In this document: positions 34,180 to 40,691 of the stretch, one piece after another | Position numbering within the stretch: position 1 is the first letter of the stretch | Layout: each line of letters opens with the position of its first letter | NCBI GenBank assembly: GCA_018657655.1 | Contig: JABHWQ010000358.1 | Location: 1-40,691 of the forward strand | Source: Chloroflexota bacterium | GTDB taxonomy: Bacteria > Chloroflexota > Dehalococcoidia > SZUA-161 > SpSt-899 | Reading direction: 5' to 3' | DNA: 40,691 bases | The notes under the pieces: model-generated | What the model was told of the DNA's origin: nothing | The model's database searches: none | Seen by the model: only the letters and a program-made list of their open reading frames with translations | Position numbers and translations under genes: made by a program

Positions 34180-34953
34180 ATGCCTACTAAGAAAGTCACC
34201 GTGATTATCCCCGCGCGGATGGGCTCCTCCAGATTCCCCGGCAAACCTTTGGCCAAGATACTTGATCTACCGATGATTGAACATGTACGAAGACGAGTCA
34301 CCATCTGTGGTATTGCCGATGAAATCTATGTTGCCACTTGTGATGATGAAATCAAGGAAGTTGTTGAGTCGTATGGGGGAAAAGTTATCATGACTGCCCA
34401 CACGCATGAAAGATGTACCGATCGGATAGAGGAAGCTGCCTCGGTCATTAATGCGGACATCGTGGTCAATGTGCAAGGGGACGAACCTTTACTATTCTCT
34501 GGGGCGGTTCGTGATGTTGCTCAGCCCTTGGTAGAAAGCAGTGATACATCTTGCTCCTGTTTGGTTTATCCCATTGTTGACCTAGCGGAATTGGGTAATA
34601 TCAACGTTGTGAAATCGGTCCTCTCCCAAAACAATCAAATCATGTACTTGTCTCGATCGCCTATTCCCCATTTCGAGGAAAATGAAAATTACCCTCTTTA
34701 CAAGCAATCAGGGATAATGGCGTTTCAGAAAAACTTTCTGCATAAATACTCACGCCTTGCGCCGACTCCTCTGGAAAAGGCAGAGTCCGTGGATATGTTG
34801 CGGATACTGGAACATGGATACGATATTCTAGGAGTTGTTACACCATACGAAACTCAGGGGGTTGACGTACCGGAAGATATCCAAAGAGTCGAACGAATAT
34901 TGTCCGAAGATGAAACACAGCGAAATCTCTATGAGAGGATACTGAATCTGTGA
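34180..34953 (+). CDS. KdsB-family cytidylyltransferase (CMP-3-deoxy-ulosonate synthetase-like)
   Basis: 257 aa. Motifs: VIIPARMGSSRFPGKPLAKILDLPMIEHV and VVNVQGDEPLL, the two KdsB hallmark motifs. Confidence 0.8.
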   Translation: MPTKKVTVIIPARMGSSRFPGKPLAKILDLPMIEHVRRRVTICGIADEIYVATCDDEIKEVVESYGGKVIMTAHTHERCTDRIEEAASVINADIVVNVQGDEPLLFSGAVRDVAQPLVESSDTSCSCLVYPIVDLAELGNINVVKSVLSQNNQIMYLSRSPIPHFEENENYPLYKQSGIMAFQKNFLHKYSRLAPTPLEKAESVDMLRILEHGYDILGVVTPYETQGVDVPEDIQRVERILSEDETQRNLYERILNL

Positions 34954-35873
34954 AGCCGAAGATATTCGTAGCGCTATCGACGTTTGCGGAATTCGGGGAT
35001 GCACCTCTCAAGCTTCTTGATAAGAGTGGAATAGAGTATTCCTTAAATACACTAGGGCGACGCTTAGTCAGAGAGGAAACCGTTGAGATGGGCAGGGATT
35101 ACGAAGGGATTATTGCTGGTGTCGAGCCTTACGATGACTATGTTCTCGATCGACTTCCTAGACTGCGTTGTATCAGCCGCTGTGGTGTTGGCGTAGATAA
35201 CATAGCTTTAGAGAAAGCCAAAAAGAACGGAATAGTCGTTAGAAATACACCGGATGTAGTAGTATTGCCTGTTGTTGAATTGACGATTGCTATGATCTTT
35301 GACCTGCTTCGCAAATTGTCATATCATACGAGTTTGCTGAGATCGAAGCGTTGGGAAAAGAAAGCGGGTAATTTACTGACCGGCAAAACTGTAGGAGTTG
35401 TAGGTCTGGGAAGGATCGGTAAAAGGGTTGCCGAGACTCTGAAGAAATTAGACGCCGATGTATGCGGGGCGGATCTGTTTCCGGATTTGGATTGGGCGAA
35501 AAGGGTGGGTGTCCGAATCATTTCTACAGAATCGCTGTTGAGCGAATGCGATCTCGTGAGTATTCATGTTTCGCTTCTGGCAGATCAGAGGTTCGTCCTG
35601 GGTCAAAAAGAAATCGCAAGTATGAGAGAGGGCTCATTTGTTGTCAATGTTTCCCGGGGTGGCGTCATCGATGAAAATGCATTGTACAATGCATTGAAAG
35701 TACATCATCTCGAAGGTGCGGCATTAGATGTATTTCAAGAAGAACCATATACTGGTCCATTGTGCGATCTCGATAATGTTGTGTTGACTCCCCATTTGGC
35801 AACTTTGACACGGGAATCAAGGGTACAGATGGAAACTGAAGCGGTAGAAAATTTACTGGATGCGTTGAAATAA
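34950..35873 (+). CDS. D-isomer-specific 2-hydroxyacid dehydrogenase (phosphoglycerate/glycerate dehydrogenase-like)
   Basis: 307 aa. Motifs: GKTVGVVGLGRIGKRVA, VSRGGVIDENAL, LDVFQEEP and TPHLA (Arg/Glu/His triad context). GTGA overlap with the KdsB-like gene. Confidence 0.85.
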   Translation: MKPKIFVALSTFAEFGDAPLKLLDKSGIEYSLNTLGRRLVREETVEMGRDYEGIIAGVEPYDDYVLDRLPRLRCISRCGVGVDNIALEKAKKNGIVVRNTPDVVVLPVVELTIAMIFDLLRKLSYHTSLLRSKRWEKKAGNLLTGKTVGVVGLGRIGKRVAETLKKLDADVCGADLFPDLDWAKRVGVRIISTESLLSECDLVSIHVSLLADQRFVLGQKEIASMREGSFVVNVSRGGVIDENALYNALKVHHLEGAALDVFQEEPYTGPLCDLDNVVLTPHLATLTRESRVQMETEAVENLLDALK

Positions 35874-35925
35874 CAACAAGACATTATTGAAGAGATGAAT
35901 CAGTCTGATACATGAGGAAGACGAA

Positions 35926-37341
35926 ATGAACATTTTGCTAATCTTTCCGGATATCCATTCTTTTCATGATGATCCCTACACCCCTGGGCTCGATTGTATT
36001 GCAACGTATCTAAAATCCTTTGGGCATGAAGTGAGATTAGAATACGTGTCATCCACCGATCAATTTAAGGATGTTGTCGATACTGTTAAAAGCTTCGCTC
36101 CCAGGATAGTCGGGTTCACCTCTGTAGAAACCCAGTTTCGATATGTCAAAGTGCTTTCCAGATTGATAAAGGAAAACCATGAATGCATCACCGTTTGTGG
36201 CGGGGTCTTTGTGACGCTTTTTCCTGAAGTAATACGAGAAGCGGAAAATCTTGATGGTGTAATAGTAGGAGAGGGTGAGATTGCTTTCGCTGAACTTATA
36301 GAAAAGGTGGGGAAAGGAGAGGCCTATCGCGATATCAATAACTACTGCTACTATGATAAGTCATCTGACCAAATCGTGAAAAACCCCTTGAATCCAATAG
36401 TAGAGAATTTAGATCGATTTCCGTTTCCGAATAGATCGATTTTTGATTTTCAACGTATCATAGATACCAAGGATTACGTACCTTTTTATTTTAGCCGTGG
36501 ATGTCCGTATAGTTGTAGTTACTGTTGTAATCACGCTCTTGGGAAAGTATATGGGGGCAGTGTTAACAAAGTCAGACGTAGAAGCGTAGCTAATTGCATG
36601 GAAGAAATCGAACATGTTTTTTCGAATCACAACATACCCAAAAGTGCGTTTCTCTTGTTTGGTGATGATCTCTTTACCCAAGATAAGAAATGGCTTGGAG
36701 AATTCTTAGGAGAGTACAAGAAGAACTATCGACTCCCATTTTCTTGTAGCACTCGATCGAACATCTGTTCTGACGATATGTTCGCTAGCCTTAAAGATGC
36801 AGGGTGTCTAAGGGTATTGATGAGCATAGAATCAGGAAATGATTTTATCAGGAATGAAGTGATGAAGCGGAGTATATCGAAAGAACAGATATTCAATTCC
36901 TTCAAGTGGGCCCATAAAAATGGCATAAAGACGAACGGTATATGTGTAATTGGAGTTCCTTGTGAGACACGGGAGATGATCGAAGAAACTATTGATGTGG
37001 TGGCGAAAACATACACTGAAGGCTGTGGTGTCAATGTGTTTTATCCCTATAAAGGCACGGAGTTGCATAGAATCTGTGAGGAAAACAACTTTTTGCCCGA
37101 TACTATAGGGGACCTCGAAGAAAGGAAAGAATCGATGCTGAATTTACCAACGATTTCTAAAGAGGAATTGGTCTATTTTCATGACAATTGGAAGAGACTG
37201 ATTGTCAAACGCAGGTCTTTATCGTACAGAGTCAAATATCGAGCTAAGAACATACCACATTTCTTCTTTCGGAAGATATCTCAGATTAGTCCCGGACTAG
37301 CAAAATTCATAAAGAAAATAGTAAAACGGAAGCCGTTCTAA
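35926..37341 (+). CDS. B12-binding-domain radical SAM enzyme (class B radical SAM methyltransferase-like)
   Basis: 471 aa. The N-terminus has a cobalamin-binding-type Rossmann segment (MNILLIFPD...IVGFTSVETQ...VCGG). This is followed by FYFSRGCPYSCSYCCNH (CxxxCxxC) and IESGND. RBS GAGGAAG upstream. Confidence 0.85.
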   Translation: MNILLIFPDIHSFHDDPYTPGLDCIATYLKSFGHEVRLEYVSSTDQFKDVVDTVKSFAPRIVGFTSVETQFRYVKVLSRLIKENHECITVCGGVFVTLFPEVIREAENLDGVIVGEGEIAFAELIEKVGKGEAYRDINNYCYYDKSSDQIVKNPLNPIVENLDRFPFPNRSIFDFQRIIDTKDYVPFYFSRGCPYSCSYCCNHALGKVYGGSVNKVRRRSVANCMEEIEHVFSNHNIPKSAFLLFGDDLFTQDKKWLGEFLGEYKKNYRLPFSCSTRSNICSDDMFASLKDAGCLRVLMSIESGNDFIRNEVMKRSISKEQIFNSFKWAHKNGIKTNGICVIGVPCETREMIEETIDVVAKTYTEGCGVNVFYPYKGTELHRICEENNFLPDTIGDLEERKESMLNLPTISKEELVYFHDNWKRLIVKRRSLSYRVKYRAKNIPHFFFRKISQISPGLAKFIKKIVKRKPF

Positions 37342-37403
37342 TAGCACGTTTTGGGCTTGGTTGTGGGAGATAACAGTATTATAGAATAGCAAGGTGTATT
37401 AGC

Positions 37404-37790
37404 ATGACAGAATCCCGACATAAAATCGCCTTTATTGTTCCCACAAGAAATCGTTTTGAACTTCCGACCCAACTGTTAGACAGCCTTCAGATCCAAAGTA
37501 TTCAAGCTGATCAGGTTGTTGTGTCAGATGGGAGCTATGAACCTATAGAACCTAATATCAGAGGGTTTCTTTCCCCCAATATTGAATGTATGAGGGCATT
37601 CCCTCCCGGATTGACCAAGCAACGCAACGCAGGGATTCGGGCATTGGGGGCGGATATAACGCTGGCTGGTTTTTTGGACGATGACATGGTTTTTGGAAAT
37701 GATGCGATTGAGTCCATGCTGCGTTTTTGGGAGCACTGTGAGGATGCTGAAGGTACTTGGATTCGTGCTTTGTGCAAACGAAAACAATAG
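37404..37790 (+). pseudogene. 5' fragment (128 codons) of a GT2 glycosyltransferase, paralogous to 39561..40505
   Basis: MTESRHKIAFIVPTRNRFEL...VVVSDGS...FPPGLTKQRNAGI...ITLAGFLDDDMVF...MLRFWEHC aligns residue-for-residue with the N-terminus of the downstream GT2. That is roughly 55-60% identity by eye over ~117 aa. The frame then diverges and stops, and the next gene starts 38 nt later, leaving no room for the missing ~200 aa. Confidence 0.6.
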
Positions 37791-37827
37791 CCGCGAAACA
37801 TAGTCAGAGGCTATAAATGTAACTGAT

Positions 37828-38448
37828 ATGAAATATGCTAATCCTGTGAATCTCACCAAAGTCCTGCTAAATGAACTCCGCGCAGTTAGTTCGTTTTGGC
37901 TGAAGTGGATGCCCGGAAATGTTGGCGCTAAGTTGAGATATTCAATTTACAAGAGGAGATTCAAATCCTGTGGGGAAAGAGTCGATATTCCAGAAGGATG
38001 CACGATTTGGGGATTCCAAAACATAGAGGTGGGTAGTGGTATTGGGATGGGCCAGGGCTCTCTGATTTATGCTGGTTTACATGGGGGTAGCGAAAGGATC
38101 GTAATTGGCAACAAGGTTTCTTTGAATTCGAATGTAATGATCAACGCGGATAAAGGCGGTGAAATTATTATTGGTGATAACACAATTATTGGGCCAAATG
38201 TCGTGATAAGAGCCAGCAATCATCATTATGAGAAAACTGATATTCCGATAAAAGGTCAGGGGCACCTATCCGGAACAATAAATATCAAAGAGGATGTTTG
38301 GATTGGAGCAAATGCGGTCGTTTTACCAAACGTAAACATTGGGAAGGGTGCAATCATTGCTGCTGGCGCTGTAGTTGTCAAAGATATCGATGTCTATGAA
38401 ATTGTAGGAGGAGTTCCTGCGAATCGAATTGGCTCAAGGATAAAATAG
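37828..38448 (+). CDS. hexapeptide-repeat (left-handed beta-helix) O-acetyltransferase, WbbJ/LacA/Maa-like
   Basis: 206 aa. Motifs: [64 protein letters not shown]. Confidence 0.85.
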   Translation: MKYANPVNLTKVLLNELRAVSSFWLKWMPGNVGAKLRYSIYKRRFKSCGERVDIPEGCTIWGFQNIEVGSGIGMGQGSLIYAGLHGGSERIVIGNKVSLNSNVMINADKGGEIIIGDNTIIGPNVVIRASNHHYEKTDIPIKGQGHLSGTINIKEDVWIGANAVVLPNVNIGKGAIIAAGAVVVKDIDVYEIVGGVPANRIGSRIK

Positions 38449-38482
38449 GTTTGAAGCCCTGAAGAATTGCAGCTAGAGTCTG

Positions 38483-39499
38483 GTGCGAGAAAAGGAAATG
38501 GGAACAACGGAAATAGTCAATGAACTTTATGATCGCTACTATATCCACGATAGTACGCCTGAAGATGTCATTTCATCTCATTGGAAACATTACCAGAGCC
38601 AGGTAAAAGTTCGTATCTCTGAAGGGAATATCGAGTCACTTGTTGGGAGTGCTTTTGGAGATTTGGAACAGCGGGCTATTACTAACCGAATGTTATCATG
38701 GCTGACTATTGGTAGCTACTGGCTAAGATTGCCACGCAAAAAGGAGATTTTGCAGCTGATCAAGTCTTCGATTGATCTTACCAAAAGAATGGGGCTACCG
38801 TTTACATATGATTGCTTTCGCCAGGTTTGTTCATTAGTGCGTGTGAACCAATACATCACTGAAAAGAACTTGGATGCCAATCCAAATGTCATAATCATTG
38901 GTGATGGTTATGGTTTTCTTGCTTCACTAATTAAAGAAATATATCCGGGCTCAACTATTTTGTTAGTTGATCTTGGTAGGATTTTGCTGTTTCAAGCCTA
39001 TTATTGTGGCAAGGCACATCCTCACCGATCCCACTTCTTGATGAAGGGAATTGAAGAATTCGATCAAAAAGATTCAAGCCATGATTTTGTGTACTGTCCG
39101 GCAGAACATCTGAGATTTGCGAAGAACCAGTCATTTGACCTGGCAATAAATATCGCATCTATGCAAGAAATGAACCAACAGTCCATTTTGGGATATTTCT
39201 CTTTCTTACGCGAACATCTGAATCCGGATAACCTCTTCTATTGCTGCAATCGGGAAGAAAAGACTATGCCTGGAGGCGAGATATCGAGATTCCTTGAATA
39301 TCCCTGGCGTGAAAAGGATGTCCATTTGGTTGACGAATACTGCCACTGGTACAGATATTTTCTATCGCTTCATAGAACACAGAATGGGCCCAAAATCCTG
39401 AATTCTAGGATTCCATTGGTTAATTACTTCGATGGGCTCATCAGGCATAGACTGACTGTTCTTGAAACGACTGATGATTGTAACATCGGAGAGGAGTGA
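38483..39499 (+). CDS. putative sugar O-methyltransferase-like protein (class I MTase fold, uncharacterised family)
   Basis: 338 aa. Motifs: VIIIGDGYGFLASLIK...ILLVDLGRIL (GxGxG plus an acidic residue at the end of beta-2) and DLAINIASMQEM. An alternative start at ATG 38498 has a better RBS (AAAGGAA). Confidence 0.5.
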   Translation: MREKEMGTTEIVNELYDRYYIHDSTPEDVISSHWKHYQSQVKVRISEGNIESLVGSAFGDLEQRAITNRMLSWLTIGSYWLRLPRKKEILQLIKSSIDLTKRMGLPFTYDCFRQVCSLVRVNQYITEKNLDANPNVIIIGDGYGFLASLIKEIYPGSTILLVDLGRILLFQAYYCGKAHPHRSHFLMKGIEEFDQKDSSHDFVYCPAEHLRFAKNQSFDLAINIASMQEMNQQSILGYFSFLREHLNPDNLFYCCNREEKTMPGGEISRFLEYPWREKDVHLVDEYCHWYRYFLSLHRTQNGPKILNSRIPLVNYFDGLIRHRLTVLETTDDCNIGEE

Positions 39500-39560
39500 G
39501 TACAGAAGAAAAGCTGTTCACATACCGCAGGCAGTATTCCAAGCGAGGTACAAATGGACC

Positions 39561-40505
39561 ATGACTGAATTCCGTCATCGAATTGCCCTCATCATTCCTA
39601 CAAGGAATCGGCCTGAACTTCTAGAGAAATTGCTGCAAAGCCTCCAACACCAGACGGTCCATGCCAGTCAGGTAATTGTTGTAGATGGAAGTGACGAGCC
39701 AGTAGAAACAGTCACAAAGCGGTTTGCTATCCCTGGTATTTCTTATGTAAGAGTTTTCCCGCCCAGCTTAGCGAAGCAACGAAACGAGGGCATCAAAACT
39801 CTGAATGATGATATCACACTGGCTGGCTATCTAGATGACGACATCATACTTGACAAAGACGCTATCGAAGCTATGCTTCGTTATTGGGAAGAATGCCCTG
39901 ATGATGTGGGAGGCAGTTCGTTTCACATTACCAACAACGAGCTGGCCAGCCCATTGGTGAGAATACCTGGGAAATTGCTGGGAAAACTATTCTGGTGCGA
40001 TGATTTCGGGCAAGGCAAAGTCCTCAGGTCCGGGTTCGCGACGCCGGTTATACCGGTGCTGAAAGATACCTATACGGAATGGCTATGCGGAGGAGCTACC
40101 GTTTGGAAAAAGGAGATTCTAGAAGACTCGAAATACGATGAAAAGTTGGGAGGTTCATCCTACGTCGAAGATATCGACTTTAGTTTTAGAGCGGCCAAAC
40201 ACTACAGATTAGTAGTTATACATGGTGCAAAAGTGCAACATTACCCTCCCCCATTTAATCCAAGGAAAAGTTATTTAATGGGGAGAATGAATGTGCATCA
40301 CCACTACCATTTTGTAAGAAAGAACCCTGAGCTTTCGGTACCTTTATTCTATTGGGCGATACTCGGCGAGGCTATCATTCTTCTTTTTGCCAGTATCCCA
40401 AGACGCAGTTCCTATGGGATTTACAAAGCGTTTGGGAACATAGCTGGGTTGTTTGATTTGATGCGGAGAAGACACTTCCAAACAGACCAGGAGTTCAGAA
40501 AATAG
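39561..40505 (+). CDS. family 2 glycosyltransferase (GT-A fold)
   Basis: Motifs: IALIIPTRNRPELLEKLLQSLQHQT, VIVVDGSDEP, and LAGYLDDDIIL (DxD). A hydrophobic C-terminal helix is present. I chose ATG 39561 (GAGG 12 nt upstream, and the same MTE-x-RH start as the paralogous fragment) over the ORF-maximal TTG 39462. Confidence 0.75.
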   Translation: MTEFRHRIALIIPTRNRPELLEKLLQSLQHQTVHASQVIVVDGSDEPVETVTKRFAIPGISYVRVFPPSLAKQRNEGIKTLNDDITLAGYLDDDIILDKDAIEAMLRYWEECPDDVGGSSFHITNNELASPLVRIPGKLLGKLFWCDDFGQGKVLRSGFATPVIPVLKDTYTEWLCGGATVWKKEILEDSKYDEKLGGSSYVEDIDFSFRAAKHYRLVVIHGAKVQHYPPPFNPRKSYLMGRMNVHHHYHFVRKNPELSVPLFYWAILGEAIILLFASIPRRSSYGIYKAFGNIAGLFDLMRRRHFQTDQEFRK

Positions 40506-40570
40506 GGGCGCACGCCTACGTAAACATGCTGGTTACTTTGCGATCCCTATCTGTTTTTGGCAACTAAAAA

Positions 40571-40605
40571 GGGACCCACCTTCGGCCATTATAAGGGGGA
40601 CCACC
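40571..40605. repeat. imperfect direct repeat GGGACC(C)ACCT, two copies 26 bp apart, downstream of the putative istB stop
   Basis: GGGACCCACCT at 40571-40581 and GGGACCACCT at 40597-40606. Their position between the end of the glycan island and the minus-strand IstB-like tail fits IS21-type multiple terminal repeats, but that link is inference. Confidence 0.35.
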
Positions 40606-40625
40606 TAACAGGTTAAAGTTAGCCA

Positions 40626-40691
40626 TCAAGTCATTGTGCATTCCCTCAATCTCAGGTTTTCCTTGAAGCGGTAGCTGTCACCGTTCATTTC
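40626..40691 (-). CDS. istB: C-terminal 21 codons of an IS21-family IstB-like transposition helper ATPase (partial; continues beyond the window)
   Basis: The reverse complement of 40626..40691 translates to EMNGDSYRFKENLRLRECTMT*. The string E-M-N-G-[DE]-S-Y-R-[FL]-[KR] is the conserved C-terminal signature of IstB proteins. Only 21 aa are visible. Confidence 0.45.
   Translation of the reverse strand, partial: EMNGDSYRFKENLRLRECTMT

Noticed and set aside
345-39158. Dozens of 60-140-aa minus-strand ORFs in the six-frame track, for example 345..623, 1700..2122, 4457..4840, 7915..8301, 14538..14960, 29197..29550 and 37524..37859.
   Set aside because: Every one lies antisense inside a + strand gene with clear family motifs. 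None has a motif or RBS I can recognise, and their compositions look like shadow frames. I treat them as non-coding.
39462-39560. ORF-maximal TTG start for the last GT2, which would overlap the preceding gene by 38 nt.
   Set aside because: The paralogous fragment at 37404 starts at the equivalent MTE-x-RH residues, and ATG 39561 has a GAGG upstream. The 33-aa extension has no GT2-like features.
1-40691. Search by eye for CRISPR arrays, tRNA/rRNA genes, large inverted or direct repeats, and defence or toxin-antitoxin modules.
   Set aside because: Nothing was found. All non-coding gaps are under ~380 bp. The only repeats seen are the short ones reported at 3042-3070 and 40571-40606. All ORFs of meaningful size have metabolic or glycan-biosynthetic signatures.

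Overview
All 38 intact genes I can support in this 40.7-kb window read on the + strand. Two gene remnants also lie on the + strand, and one partial gene lies on the - strand at the 3' edge.

(1) Bases 1-2900 hold the tail of an acyl-CoA catabolic locus. It contains a DUF35-type OB-fold/Zn-ribbon protein cut by the window edge and two acyl-CoA dehydrogenases. Each dehydrogenase is followed by a clean rho-independent terminator.

(2) Bases ~3090-40505 form one very large, tightly packed and visibly more AT-rich surface-glycan biosynthesis island, in this order:
- A fused TMD-NBD ABC exporter.
- A pseudaminic/legionaminic-type nonulosonic-acid core: PseB/CapD-like dehydratase, a second SDR, an RmlD-like reductase fused to a PseC-type aminotransferase, a class-III aminotransferase, an aldo-keto reductase, an SpsF-type cytidylyltransferase, PseG/SpsG, a NeuB/PseI-type synthase, a TylF-type methyltransferase and a NeuD/PglD-type acetyltransferase.
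- A poorly understood tailoring block: beta-propeller protein, WbqC, FemAB-like protein, divergent DegT-like protein and Eis-like GNAT.
- A run of GT-B 'PFTS-motif'/TagF-like putative transferases, one of them decayed.
- A formyltransferase-like protein plus a CE4 deacetylase.
- After the only sizeable internal gap, an 11-gene sub-operon: Gfo/Idh/MocA oxidoreductase, degenerate methyltransferase-fold protein, GmhA-like SIS isomerase, FSA/TalC aldolase, HpcH aldolase, HAD phosphatase, two SDRs, KdsB-family cytidylyltransferase, D-2-hydroxyacid dehydrogenase and a B12-binding radical SAM enzyme. I consider this the best candidate for an undescribed pathway: an aldolase-built, CMP-activated, C-methylated acidic sugar.
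- A mosaic tail: GT2 5' fragment, hexapeptide acetyltransferase, putative sugar methyltransferase and an intact GT2.

(3) The last ~130 bp carry, on the - strand, what looks like the C-terminus of an IS21-family IstB helper, plus short direct repeats.

I saw no rRNA, tRNA or CRISPR array. The taxon cannot be assigned from the sequence alone. All functional calls come from motif recognition by eye on the supplied translations, not from database searches.
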